Positions 32,568-41,169 of a DNA stretch of 41,641 nt are shown piece after piece (positions within the stretch are counted from its first letter, which is position 1; every line of letters begins with the position of its first letter). The position numbers and the translations under genes were made by a program. Below the pieces are notes generated by a model. That model was not told the origin of the DNA, ran no database searches, and saw only the letters and a list, made by a program, of their open reading frames with translations. This stretch comes from Terriglobales bacterium (GTDB taxonomy: Bacteria; Acidobacteriota; Terriglobia; Terriglobales; Acidobacteriaceae), in contig JBAWBE010000331.1 in NCBI GenBank assembly GCA_049589635.1, forward strand, positions 1-41,641. Reading direction: 5' to 3'.

Positions 32568-34937
32568 CTACGACTCGTGCTCGGGGAATGAGCCGCCGCC
32601 CTCTTTTCGTACTAGCGGCGCGGGCGCTGGATTCGGGGCCCCGAGCGGAAGGCGAGTAGCACTTCCGGTTCGTTTCAACTCTTTCAGAATTTCATCGCGT
32701 TCGAGCGCCCCATATTCGCGGGCAAAACGGGTGAGCGCTTCCGTCAGAATCTCGTGGTGATGCACGTTCTCGAGTCCCGGCTCGCGCGTGATGCTCAGCC
32801 ACAAACGATGGAGCAGCAGGACGTCCTCATCTTTCATCGTCGGCGTGTGAGGGCCAATGCGGAAGGTTTCGAGATGTCCGTCGGGGTGCACCACCTGGAG
32901 AACGAATTGACGCTTTGGTTCGGGTAACGCCTCCCATGCCTGGCCGAGGGCGAAGGCTTGTTCCTCGGGTGCCATCTTGCTGGATTCGCCGATGACCACT
33001 GCCGACGACTCGAGGTTATTGGCGGTCTGCACGATGGCGGCCCATACGTCGCCGGCGGGCACGACCAGCAAAGACACCTTTTTGCCAAAACTTTCAGCTA
33101 CGGAGACAGCGCGAGTGAAGAGAGTCTGTTCGTAGTCGCTGAAAATCTGCTCGGGAGCGAGATCGTAGGCGGCTGAGCCAAACCGGCTGACGCGAGCGGA
33201 CATGACGACAACATCCTGATCCTGGATATTGAACTTTTCTAAAGCCCAGCGCAGATGCGTAAGCGTGTTGTAGTCGCGGACCGGAACCAGAATATTGCCG
33301 CGGCGGATGTTGAGACTCTCGCGCTCAACTGTATCGCGCTGAAGCAATTGGAACTGATCGTTCATGTGCTTCTGCGAGAGCGCGTGTTTTTTTCGATTGG
33401 CGAACTCTGAGGCCGTAAAAATCACGAAGAAAACGATGGAGAATGCAATGCCGCTGATAGTGGCGACGGATTTCGTGAACAAATTGATGACTGCTGTCGC
33501 CAGCAGCACCATGGTGATCGAAGCCATTCCGAACGGAATTTCGTACTTGCCGATTTTGAAATTGACCGGTACCTTCCAGCCGCGTTCGCCTCGGTACTTG
33601 ATGCGAAGCACCAGCATGGCCAAGCCTTTGAAGGCGAAACTCCAGATCACGCCGAAGGCGTACGCTTCGCCGAGCGCGTATACATTGCCGCGGCTGGCAA
33701 GAATCGTGAAGATCTGCAAAGCGACAATCAGGTTGATGATGCGATAGCTGGTGCCGTATTTGCGATGCGGAAAGCGGAACCAGTCGGAGAGAACCCCGTC
33801 CTCGGAAACGCGATTGAGCACGCCATTGGAGCCGATGATAGCCGTATTAACCGCGCCCGAAAGAATCAGAAACCCGACCACCACGACGAAGCCGCGGAAA
33901 ATCAGACGCAGCAGTTCGGGCCCATACATATACATCGCCAGGCCGGCGATGAGATTGTCCTTGTAGACGGGAACGCGAACCGCGTCCGGAATCAGCATGA
34001 CCGCGAGCAGTGCGGTGAGGCCGGTAAAGATGAAGCTGTAGAGCGCAATGACAATCGCGGCGCGCTTCAGGTTCATGAGTTTCGGATGGGCGAGTTCGCG
34101 ATTGACCTGGGCCAGCGATTCTTCGCCGCTCATGGCGAGAACCGAGTGGCCGAACGCGATCATGATGCCGAGAATGCCGAACTTCTGCGCCAGGCTCTGG
34201 TCGGGGAAGCTGTGATGCAGAAAGCCGAGCGACTCATTGCTGAAGTGGAGATTGCCGGGAGTGGGTAGCGGCACATGCTGATAGCCGACCTTGAAGAGGG
34301 TAAACGCCGACCAGCCCAGCAGGGCCACCACCATCACGGTCGTGATTTGCATGACCCACAGCGCTTTTTCGCTGGACTCGTGGATGCCCTTAATGTTCTC
34401 CCACCAGTAGTACATGGTGACGGCGAGCGCGAAAAGGACAGAGGTCCAGTTGACGTCGAACTGCGGCGTGCCATGAAAAATGTTGTGGATGGCGCGCGGA
34501 ATCCAGCCGTGGGCGTCAGCGGTGATCATCACCTCGTTGAGCAGACCGACGATGTATTGGCCAGCTGACACGCCGGAGATCGGACCGGTGAGGACGTAGT
34601 CGAACATCAGCGCGGAGACGCTGAGCTTGGCGAGCGTGCCGCCAAGCGCTTCCTTGACGACACGGTAGACGCCGCCCCGTACGAACATCGAACAGCTTTC
34701 GACGTAGACGGCGCGCACCGTAAAAGAGAACAGCATGACCCCGACGATGAACCAGGGCGCGGACTTTCCGACCGCCTGTTCGGCGATGCCGCAAGCGTAA
34801 AACGCCGAGGAAGCAAGGTCGTTGAGAACGATGGCGGCGGCGCGCCAATAAGAGATGAAGGTCAGCATCACCGAGGTCGCGACGACGATGCGAACACGGT
34901 TAGCGGGACTCGGAACGGGCTGGAGGGGAGTTGACAT
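32568..34937 (-). CDS. APC-superfamily permease fused to a large C-terminal cytoplasmic (USP-like) domain
   Basis: 789 aa. About 12-13 hydrophobic helices in the first ~500 aa, then a soluble ~280-aa tail (ILVPVRDYNTLTHLRWALE...VVMSARV...LLVVPAGDVWAAIVQTANNLESSAVVIGES) resembling tandem USP/adenine-nucleotide-alpha-hydrolase folds. Confidence 0.75.
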   Translation of the reverse strand: MSTPLQPVPSPANRVRIVVATSVMLTFISYWRAAAIVLNDLASSAFYACGIAEQAVGKSAPWFIVGVMLFSFTVRAVYVESCSMFVRGGVYRVVKEALGGTLAKLSVSALMFDYVLTGPISGVSAGQYIVGLLNEVMITADAHGWIPRAIHNIFHGTPQFDVNWTSVLFALAVTMYYWWENIKGIHESSEKALWVMQITTVMVVALLGWSAFTLFKVGYQHVPLPTPGNLHFSNESLGFLHHSFPDQSLAQKFGILGIMIAFGHSVLAMSGEESLAQVNRELAHPKLMNLKRAAIVIALYSFIFTGLTALLAVMLIPDAVRVPVYKDNLIAGLAMYMYGPELLRLIFRGFVVVVGFLILSGAVNTAIIGSNGVLNRVSEDGVLSDWFRFPHRKYGTSYRIINLIVALQIFTILASRGNVYALGEAYAFGVIWSFAFKGLAMLVLRIKYRGERGWKVPVNFKIGKYEIPFGMASITMVLLATAVINLFTKSVATISGIAFSIVFFVIFTASEFANRKKHALSQKHMNDQFQLLQRDTVERESLNIRRGNILVPVRDYNTLTHLRWALEKFNIQDQDVVVMSARVSRFGSAAYDLAPEQIFSDYEQTLFTRAVSVAESFGKKVSLLVVPAGDVWAAIVQTANNLESSAVVIGESSKMAPEEQAFALGQAWEALPEPKRQFVLQVVHPDGHLETFRIGPHTPTMKDEDVLLLHRLWLSITREPGLENVHHHEILTEALTRFAREYGALERDEILKELKRTGSATRLPLGAPNPAPAPLVRKEGGGSFPEHES

Positions 34938-34966
34938 GCGCGACGAACGGGCGACTCAAGGCGAAC

Positions 34967-35113
34967 CTACGAGTGGTTCGAATCCTCCCGCCCCAGCAGG
35001 GTTTCGGCGTCTTCGACAAAGGTGATCAGCAGAACCAGAGTCGAACCGAAAAGGCCCACCACAAACATTCCTTCGAGGATGCGTACCAGGAGCACGCCTA
35101 ACAAAGAGATCAT
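34967..35113 (-). CDS. Possible 48-aa hydrophobic small protein (MISLLGVLLVRILEGMFVVGLFGSTLVLLITFVEDAETLLGREDSNHS)
   Basis: ATG at 35113, TAG at 34969-34967, ending 29 nt upstream of the permease start on the same strand. Two hydrophobic stretches. No clear Shine-Dalgarno. Below the ORF-track cutoff. Confidence 0.3.
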   Translation of the reverse strand: MISLLGVLLVRILEGMFVVGLFGSTLVLLITFVEDAETLLGREDSNHS

Positions 35114-35164
35114 GAGGGACTATGGTATCTGATAGGAGCGACGGAGAACAATGTTTGGGAAATA

Positions 35165-35192
35165 GTTCTCGGTAGCCAGTTCTCAGTTGGCA
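35165..35192. repeat. Heptamer-phased array GTTCTCG-GTAGCCA-GTTCTCA-GTTGGCA
   Basis: Read directly in the divergent spacer upstream of lnt. Shares the GTTCTC[AG] unit with 31062-31089. Confidence 0.6.
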
Positions 35193-35286
35193 GTTAAACC
35201 ATAAAGCTAACCTTGGAGCTTGAGGCCTACGAGGATTGAGAAGCCGAATTTCAATCCAACCTGATCCAGTTTGTTATGCTTGCGCG

Positions 35287-36897
35287 GTGAGACGAATTCA
35301 TCCAAGCGCGTGGTTGCTCGCCCTCTTGTCGGCGGGACTGCAAGTCGTTATCTTTCCGCTGCCCGGCCTGTACTGGCTGGCATGGATCGCAGTTGCACCG
35401 TTGTTGATTGCGCTGCTGCGGGCGCGTCCGGCGGGCGCGTTGCAGGTGGATGCGGCGGTGAAATTGGCTCCGGCGTCGCTATGGCAAGGATTTTTGCTCG
35501 GCTATCTGTGCGGGGTCTTATGGTCGGCTGGGACGTGCTATTGGATCTTCGACACTATGCACCGCTACGGCGGGCTGCCCGTCCCGATGGCAGTTCTTGC
35601 CCTGGTTCTATTTTGCATGTACATCGGGCTCTATCACGGCTGCTTCGGATTTTTGCTGGCCTTGGTAGCGGGGCGCGAAATATTTCCAAGGCGGGCGCTG
35701 GTGGCGGCGCCGTTTGTTTGGGTCGCGGTCGAGCTTGCACGCACGCGGGTTACGGCTTTTCCATGGGAACTGCTGGGCTATGCACAAACAGCCAATGTCG
35801 CTCTCACGCGGATGGCCACGCTCACCGGCGTGTATGGGCTTTCATTTGAAATTGCGCTTGTGAACAGCGTCTTTGCAGCGGCGTTTCTGGTGGAGAAAAC
35901 TCGACGGAAGCGGCTGCTGTTGGCCGCGTTTGGGGCGGCTCTGGCATTACAGTCGGGGCAGTGGGTGAATTCGCCTCGGGTGGCCGCGGCCGATAGCACG
36001 GCGCTTCTGGTGCAACCCAATATTCCAATTACGGCTTCCTGGACCGAAGATTATTTTCAAGGTACGTTAAATGATTTGGCGAAATTAAGCTTGAATGTCC
36101 CGGGGATGAACCCCGGACAACAATATGCTCCCATCGTTTGGCCAGAGTCGCCAGCTCCCTTTTTTACAAACGATCCCCGGTTTCGCGACCCGGTCAGCGC
36201 ACTCGCGAAGCAGTCCGGCAGTTGGGTGATCACCGGCTCAATTGGGATTCAGCCGGCGATGCACAATGGGGGCAGAGGTTCGCAGATGTTTAATTCCGCG
36301 GCGCTCGTCAGCCCGCAGGGAGAGTGGACCGCGCGCTACGACAAAGTTCATCTCGTGCCCTTTGGCGAGTTCCTGCCCTTTCCGCAGTTGTTTGCTTTTG
36401 CCGGAGGATTAACGAAAGAGGTCGGTGAGTTTCAGCGCGGCGCGGCGCGCGATCCACTCGTAGCCGGCAGCGAGCAGTTGGGCACGTTTATCTGCTACGA
36501 ATCCATTTTTCCAAACGAAGTGCGGCAGTTTGTTGTGAATGGCGCGGAAGTACTGGTGAACATTTCTAATGACGGCTGGTATGGCGACAGCGGGGCATGG
36601 TCGCAGCATCTTCAGCAAACGCGCATGCGAGCGATCGAGAATAATCGCTGGCTGCTGAGCGCGACCAATACCGGGCTCACGGCGGTGATTGATCCGTGGG
36701 GAAGAATCGCAGCTGAGGTGCCGCGCAAAGAGCGGACCGCGCTGGTGGCGCCGTACGGGCTTATTTCGAGTACCACGTTCTACACGCGCCACGGCGATTG
36801 GTTCGCGTGGCTGTGTGCGATAATTTCTGTGGGCGCGATTTTTGCGCGCTTTCTGTTGCGCGCCGACAAAAAAGAGACTGAGCCGAAAAAGAAGTGA
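35287..36897 (+). CDS. lnt: Apolipoprotein N-acyltransferase
   Basis: N-terminal polytopic membrane domain plus a C-terminal CN-hydrolase domain (VWPESP..., KVHLVPFGEFLP, FICYESIFP, NISNDGWYG). The start is uncertain: GTG 35287 is proposed, and the ORF is open from TTG 35236. Confidence 0.85.
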   Translation: MRRIHPSAWLLALLSAGLQVVIFPLPGLYWLAWIAVAPLLIALLRARPAGALQVDAAVKLAPASLWQGFLLGYLCGVLWSAGTCYWIFDTMHRYGGLPVPMAVLALVLFCMYIGLYHGCFGFLLALVAGREIFPRRALVAAPFVWVAVELARTRVTAFPWELLGYAQTANVALTRMATLTGVYGLSFEIALVNSVFAAAFLVEKTRRKRLLLAAFGAALALQSGQWVNSPRVAAADSTALLVQPNIPITASWTEDYFQGTLNDLAKLSLNVPGMNPGQQYAPIVWPESPAPFFTNDPRFRDPVSALAKQSGSWVITGSIGIQPAMHNGGRGSQMFNSAALVSPQGEWTARYDKVHLVPFGEFLPFPQLFAFAGGLTKEVGEFQRGAARDPLVAGSEQLGTFICYESIFPNEVRQFVVNGAEVLVNISNDGWYGDSGAWSQHLQQTRMRAIENNRWLLSATNTGLTAVIDPWGRIAAEVPRKERTALVAPYGLISSTTFYTRHGDWFAWLCAIISVGAIFARFLLRADKKETEPKKK

Positions 36898-36908
36898 TTG
36901 ATCACGCA

Positions 36909-38010
36909 ATGTTGGATGAACTCGAACAGCAATATTCCTCTCTAAAGACCAAGGTGCACGACCTGCGGGAGTATCTTTGACGCGGGCAAGCTGCGCCAGC
37001 AATTAATCGAAATCGAAAAGCAAGCCTCCGATCCGAATCTGTGGTCGAACCCGGAAAAATCTCAGCAAGTAATGCGCGAGCGCAAACGGCTGGAGAACGT
37101 ACTCTCGCTCGAAGGCGATCTCGTCCGCCGGACGGATGACATCGGCGCGTACTTTGATCTGGGCAAAGAAGGCGAGGACGTTTCAGCGGACCTCCAGCGC
37201 GAACTCGATTCGCTGCGCGAACTGGTCGATCGCGTCGAGACTGAGACGCTGCTCTCCGGCGAGAATGACGCGCGCAATGCCATCGTCACCATTCATCCGG
37301 GCGCGGGCGGAACCGAATCGCAGGACTGGGCTGACATGCTGCTGCGCATGTATCTGCGCTGGGCTGAGCGCCAGGGATTCAAGACCGAGATGTATGACTA
37401 CCAGCCGGGCGAGGAAGCGGGCATCAAATCGGCGACGTTTTCCGTGATCGGTGAATACGCGTTTGGCTATCTGACGAGCGAGATTGGCGTGCATCGGTTG
37501 GTGCGCATCTCGCCGTTTGATCAGGCGAAGCGGCGGCACACTTCATTTGCAAGCGTTTTTGTTTCTCCGGAAATTGACGACAGCATCGAGGTCAACATCA
37601 AGCCGGACGACATTCGAATTGACACCTATCGCTCGAGCGGCAAAGGCGGGCAGCACGTCAACACTACTGATTCGGCAGTGCGCATTACACACATCCCCAC
37701 GGGCTTGGTCGCGAGTTGTCAGAATGAACGCTCGCAGCACAAGAACAAAGACAAGGCTATGTCCATGCTGCGCTCGAAAATCTATGAGTTCGAAATGGAG
37801 AAGAAGCGCGAGGTTACGAAGAAGATCGAAGACTCGAAACTCGACATCGATTTTGGATCGCAGATTCGTTCGTATGTTCTCCAGCCTTACCGGATGATCA
37901 AGGACCACCGGACGAAGTTCGAAGTTGGTGATGTGGATCGGGTGATCGATGGCGATCTGACGTCGTTTATGCGCGCGTACTTGCGGATGCGGCGCGGAGA
38001 GAAGAAGTGA
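36909..38010 (+). CDS. prfB: Peptide chain release factor 2, requiring a programmed +1 frameshift (36909-36977 joined to 36979-38010)
   Basis: Frame-0 ORF ATG 36909 ...CGG GAG TAT CTT TGA C. The +1 frame continues DAGKLRQQLIEIEKQASDPNLWSNPEKSQQVMRERKRLE..., then the SPF tripeptide in RISPFD and the GGQ motif in SSGKGGQHVN. Confidence 0.95.
36966..36981 (+). promoter_or_regulatory. prfB autoregulatory +1 frameshift site: SD-like GGGAG, TAT, slippery CTT, in-frame TGA, then C
   Basis: CGGGAGTATCTTTGAC has the same spacing as the E. coli site AGGGGGUAUCUUUGAC. Confidence 0.9.
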
Positions 38011-38720
38011 TGAAACGATCTTCTCCGCGGCCCGCAAAATCGCAGCCTGCCAGACCGCCGACGAAGTTGCGACTGACGAAGTTGCGACCGACCAAGCTAG
38101 GTCCAAAGCTGCAGCGAGCGTTCGCCTATGCGGCGAAAATGCACGCCGGACAAGCTCGCAAGGCAACTACTGTTCCGTATCTTTCTCATCTGATGGCGGT
38201 CGCGTCGCTCGTGCTCGAAGCAGGTGGCGACGAAGAGATGGCGATTGCCGCGCTGCTGCACGATGTGGTGGAAGACTGCGGCGGGATGCCTCGGCTGCGG
38301 GAGATTCGCAAAAAGTTTGGGACGCGCGTGGCCAGGATTGTTGAAGGCTGCACGGACTCATTCGTTGAGCCGAAGCCGGATTGGATCGAGCGCAAGAGAG
38401 GCTATCTCGAAGAAGTGAAGCACGCAGACGATGAGACGCGTCTCGTTTCGGCATCGGACAAACTGCATAATGTTCGCACGATTCTGGCCGATTACCGTAA
38501 AGATGGCGATGCAATCTGGGTTCGCTTCAACGGAAGAAAAGATGGAACGCTCTGGTACTATCGCGCGTTGAGCGACGAATATGCGCGCAAGCCGAATCGC
38601 ATCACGCGCGAGCTGGCGCTCGCGGTACGGGATTTGGAGAGCTTGTGCGGGGCCGGCTCAGGTTCGAGAAATTCGGTTTCGGAAAACTCGGTGTCAGAAA
38701 AAATGTCCGTTGGGAGATAA
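38010..38720 (+). CDS. HD-domain protein, RelA/SpoT-type (p)ppGpp hydrolase-like (small alarmone hydrolase candidate)
   Basis: AAKMHAGQARKATTVPYLSHLMAVASLVLEAGGDEEMAIAALLHDVVED matches the SpoT/Mesh1 HD hydrolase signature. The ATG overlaps the prfB stop (TGATG). Confidence 0.8.
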   Translation: MKRSSPRPAKSQPARPPTKLRLTKLRPTKLGPKLQRAFAYAAKMHAGQARKATTVPYLSHLMAVASLVLEAGGDEEMAIAALLHDVVEDCGGMPRLREIRKKFGTRVARIVEGCTDSFVEPKPDWIERKRGYLEEVKHADDETRLVSASDKLHNVRTILADYRKDGDAIWVRFNGRKDGTLWYYRALSDEYARKPNRITRELALAVRDLESLCGAGSGSRNSVSENSVSEKMSVGR

Positions 38721-38723
38721 ATC

Positions 38724-39944
38724 ATGCCTCGCATGCTTGATCTAATTCGGACTTCCCAGGTTCCATCCAATCTCATGCAGTCGGCGGCGCGTGGATCGCT
38801 CTCGGTGCCGTCCGGCGAGATGATCGAAATTCTCGTCTACCTTTCGCTCCACAGTAGAGTCTTCGGTCAGCAGGCGCGGCTCACGCTGGCTGGATGGGAC
38901 GAAAAGGCTTGCCTGGTTGCGGCGCAGGATCCGGCGACCAGCGCCGAAGTGCTCGGGTATTGGGTTTCGCCCGACAACCTTAGGATTCCGTTGCTGCGGC
39001 CGTTGGTTGGAAATCCCTCGGTCACGGATGAGTTGCTGCAGGAGCTCGCGAGGACGGGCGCTCGGCCGGTGGTCGACGTGCTGGTTGTCAGCCCCCGCGT
39101 TTTGAATTCTCCTGCAGTGTTGAAGACATTGTTATCGAATGCCCTCTTGCGTCCGAATGAAATTTCGGAGATTGAGGCGAAGATGGGTGTGTTCGGAGTG
39201 GACGCTGCGGTGGCCGCGGGGGCTTCGCCGGGTGAAGAAGAGGGTCCGCCTGACGAGGTTGTCGAGACCGCAATCAGCGAATACCTCAAGGAAAATGCCG
39301 CCGCGATCGAAGCCGAGAAAGACAAGCCGTTTCGTCCCGTTGGCGAAGGTGACCCTGTGGTCGCGGAGTCGGCCAACCATCCGGAGGCAGCCGATCAGAC
39401 GGCCAACAGTCAAACGCCGCCGAGGGCGGTTGAAGAAAAGAAGGCACCTGCTACCGCCGCGACGGCTGCCGCTGCTTCGGCCACTCTGGCCAAAAAGGTT
39501 GCTCCTGTAAATCCCGTTGAGAGGCGCGACAGCACGATGCAGAAGATCGCAAAGCTGGATATCAAGGGGCGCATCGCGCTTGCCATGCGGGGCAACAAGG
39601 AAGAGCGGTCCATTCTGATTCGGGACAGCACCAAGATTATTTCGCTGGCCGTGCTGGACTCGCCAAAGGTTTCGGAGTCGGAGGTGGAAGGCTTTGCTTC
39701 GCAGAGAAACGTGCTCGATGCCATATTGCGGGCGATTCCGATGAAGCGGCGTTTTCAGAAGAAATACAACATCCTGAGGAACCTGGTTTTCAATCCAAGG
39801 ACGCCGATCGATGCCTCGCTTTCGTTGATGAAGAACCTGATGGCCAAAGACCTGAAGGCTCTGATTGAAAATAAGGACGTTCCGGAGGCGGTTCGCAAGC
39901 TGGCGAAGCGGATGCACTCGCAGAAAATCGAGCGGAGCAAATAG
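38724..39944 (+). CDS. Hypothetical helical-repeat protein with a central acidic/Ala-Pro-rich linker
   Basis: Intact 406-aa ORF starting 3 nt after the HD gene. The N- and C-terminal parts show HEAT/LRV-like periodic helices (NPSVTDELLQELA..., NPRTPIDASLSLMKNL...). No family recognised. Confidence 0.6.
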   Translation: MPRMLDLIRTSQVPSNLMQSAARGSLSVPSGEMIEILVYLSLHSRVFGQQARLTLAGWDEKACLVAAQDPATSAEVLGYWVSPDNLRIPLLRPLVGNPSVTDELLQELARTGARPVVDVLVVSPRVLNSPAVLKTLLSNALLRPNEISEIEAKMGVFGVDAAVAAGASPGEEEGPPDEVVETAISEYLKENAAAIEAEKDKPFRPVGEGDPVVAESANHPEAADQTANSQTPPRAVEEKKAPATAATAAAASATLAKKVAPVNPVERRDSTMQKIAKLDIKGRIALAMRGNKEERSILIRDSTKIISLAVLDSPKVSESEVEGFASQRNVLDAILRAIPMKRRFQKKYNILRNLVFNPRTPIDASLSLMKNLMAKDLKALIENKDVPEAVRKLAKRMHSQKIERSK

Positions 39945-40000
39945 CAACCGCAAAATGCTGAACCCATGGGAGATACGCGCGCTGGGGAACGCCGCGCTGA

Positions 40001-40040
40001 TGAAAGTGCGTGCGGGTGAAAGTGCGCGCGGGTGAAACTG
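40001..40040. repeat. Tandem 16-mers TGAAAGTGCG(T/C)GCGGG x2 plus a partial third copy TGAAACTG, ending 1 nt before the start codon at 40042
   Basis: Read directly. Confidence 0.7.
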
Positions 40041-40041
40041 T

Positions 40042-40440
40042 ATGACGGACCCGATCTTTGAATTGCTGTCGCGCGTCAAGACTATTGCTGTCGTGGGCTT
40101 GTCTGATAGCCCGATGCGGCCGAGCTATGGCGTCTCCGCTTACATGCAGTTGCAGGGGTATCGGATTATTCCGGTTAATCCGGAGATTGGCGAGGCGCTG
40201 GGGGAGACGGCGTATCCGTCGTTACGGGAGGTGCCTGAGAAGTTTGACCTGGTGGATGTTTTCCGGCGGCCGGAGTTTGTGGATGAGATCGTGGAACAGG
40301 CGATTGAGGTGAAGGTTCCCGCTATCTGGCTGCAAGAAGAGGTGGTCAACGAACGGGCTGCGGCGCGGGCGCGGGCAGCTGGGATGTTCGTGGCCATGGA
40401 CCTTTGCATTCTGAAGGAACACCGGGCGCGATTCGGGTGA
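40042..40440 (+). CDS. CoA-binding domain protein (YccU/YneT family)
   Basis: IAVVGLSDSPMRPSYGVSAYMQLQGYRIIPVNP...DLVDVFRR is the CoA_binding_2 pattern. 132 aa. Confidence 0.85.
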   Translation: MTDPIFELLSRVKTIAVVGLSDSPMRPSYGVSAYMQLQGYRIIPVNPEIGEALGETAYPSLREVPEKFDLVDVFRRPEFVDEIVEQAIEVKVPAIWLQEEVVNERAAARARAAGMFVAMDLCILKEHRARFG

Positions 40441-40524
40441 TCTGGTGGCTTGCGGACGCGGAACTTCTGGCGAACACAATATGCTGATCTGAAGCTAGGA
40501 AGCTGTCGCGCGCTTCGCAGAAAC

Positions 40525-40914
40525 TTAAAAGTGTGAATCTAACTTTGGTTCATCCCATTGGCTTGCGTGGTGTGCACCAAACTCGATGAAGGCTTGGTAC
40601 TTGTCGGGGTAGCGTTCTTTCAGCCAGAGCAGAGTGTAGACCCTGTCCACCGCATTCTTCATGATGCGCTTCATCTCACGCTGTGTGATATGAGAATACT
40701 TCTCATCGCCCGAACACGTGGGACATTTAATTCCAGCATGTAAGTCTTCGATGGGACCATTTCTGAAGCATTGAGCAACGATGCTCTTCGCTTCTTTCGC
40801 GAGGCGTGGGTCAACACTCGAAGCCAGGCGTTTAGCCATTCCTAGATGATAGAGCATACGTTGAAGGGAGACGGCAGAATGTCTGAGTTCAAGGAGTAGT
40901 CCATGTCTTTTCAT
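40525..40914 (-). CDS. Hypothetical protein with a CPTC motif (129 aa from ATG 40914; the ORF is open up to GTG 41013)
   Basis: Intact ORF in a visibly lower-GC stretch. GIKCPTCSGDEKYSH. No family recognised. Confidence 0.45.
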   Translation of the reverse strand: MKRHGLLLELRHSAVSLQRMLYHLGMAKRLASSVDPRLAKEAKSIVAQCFRNGPIEDLHAGIKCPTCSGDEKYSHITQREMKRIMKNAVDRVYTLLWLKERYPDKYQAFIEFGAHHASQWDEPKLDSHF

Positions 40915-41091
40915 CTGTCGTTGGAAGAATGGAGATATTGTGAAGGCAGCGTCACGAGATGAAGCGATCGAACGACTCGAAGTCGGCAGTGCTGATGCAG
41001 CCGATCTGTTCACTTGTGCAGGTTTACTTCCCGCGGGGACTTCAAGCGGTCTTCCTTATTGAGCACGACTTCCGACGCAATATCTCTCCAC

Positions 41092-41120
41092 CCTAAATTT
41101 CGCAAAGAACGCGAAATTTA
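41092..41120. promoter_or_regulatory. Perfect 11-bp inverted repeat CTAAATTTCGC-N7-GCGAAATTTAG
   Basis: Read directly, between the two minus-strand small genes. No T-tract follows it on either strand. Confidence 0.45.
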
Positions 41121-41169
41121 GAATGGGGCACCCGTCCCTGGGAGCCGACACGGTTATCTAATCAGGCCT

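Noticed and set aside
34975-34996. GGTTCGAATCC followed by CTCCCGCCCCAG, which looks like a tRNA T-arm plus acceptor 3' half
   Set aside because: The T-stem pairs at only 3 of 5 positions. No matching 5' acceptor strand, D-arm or anticodon arm exists in the ~75 nt upstream, which is the permease start region. It is not a tRNA gene and at most a relic fragment.
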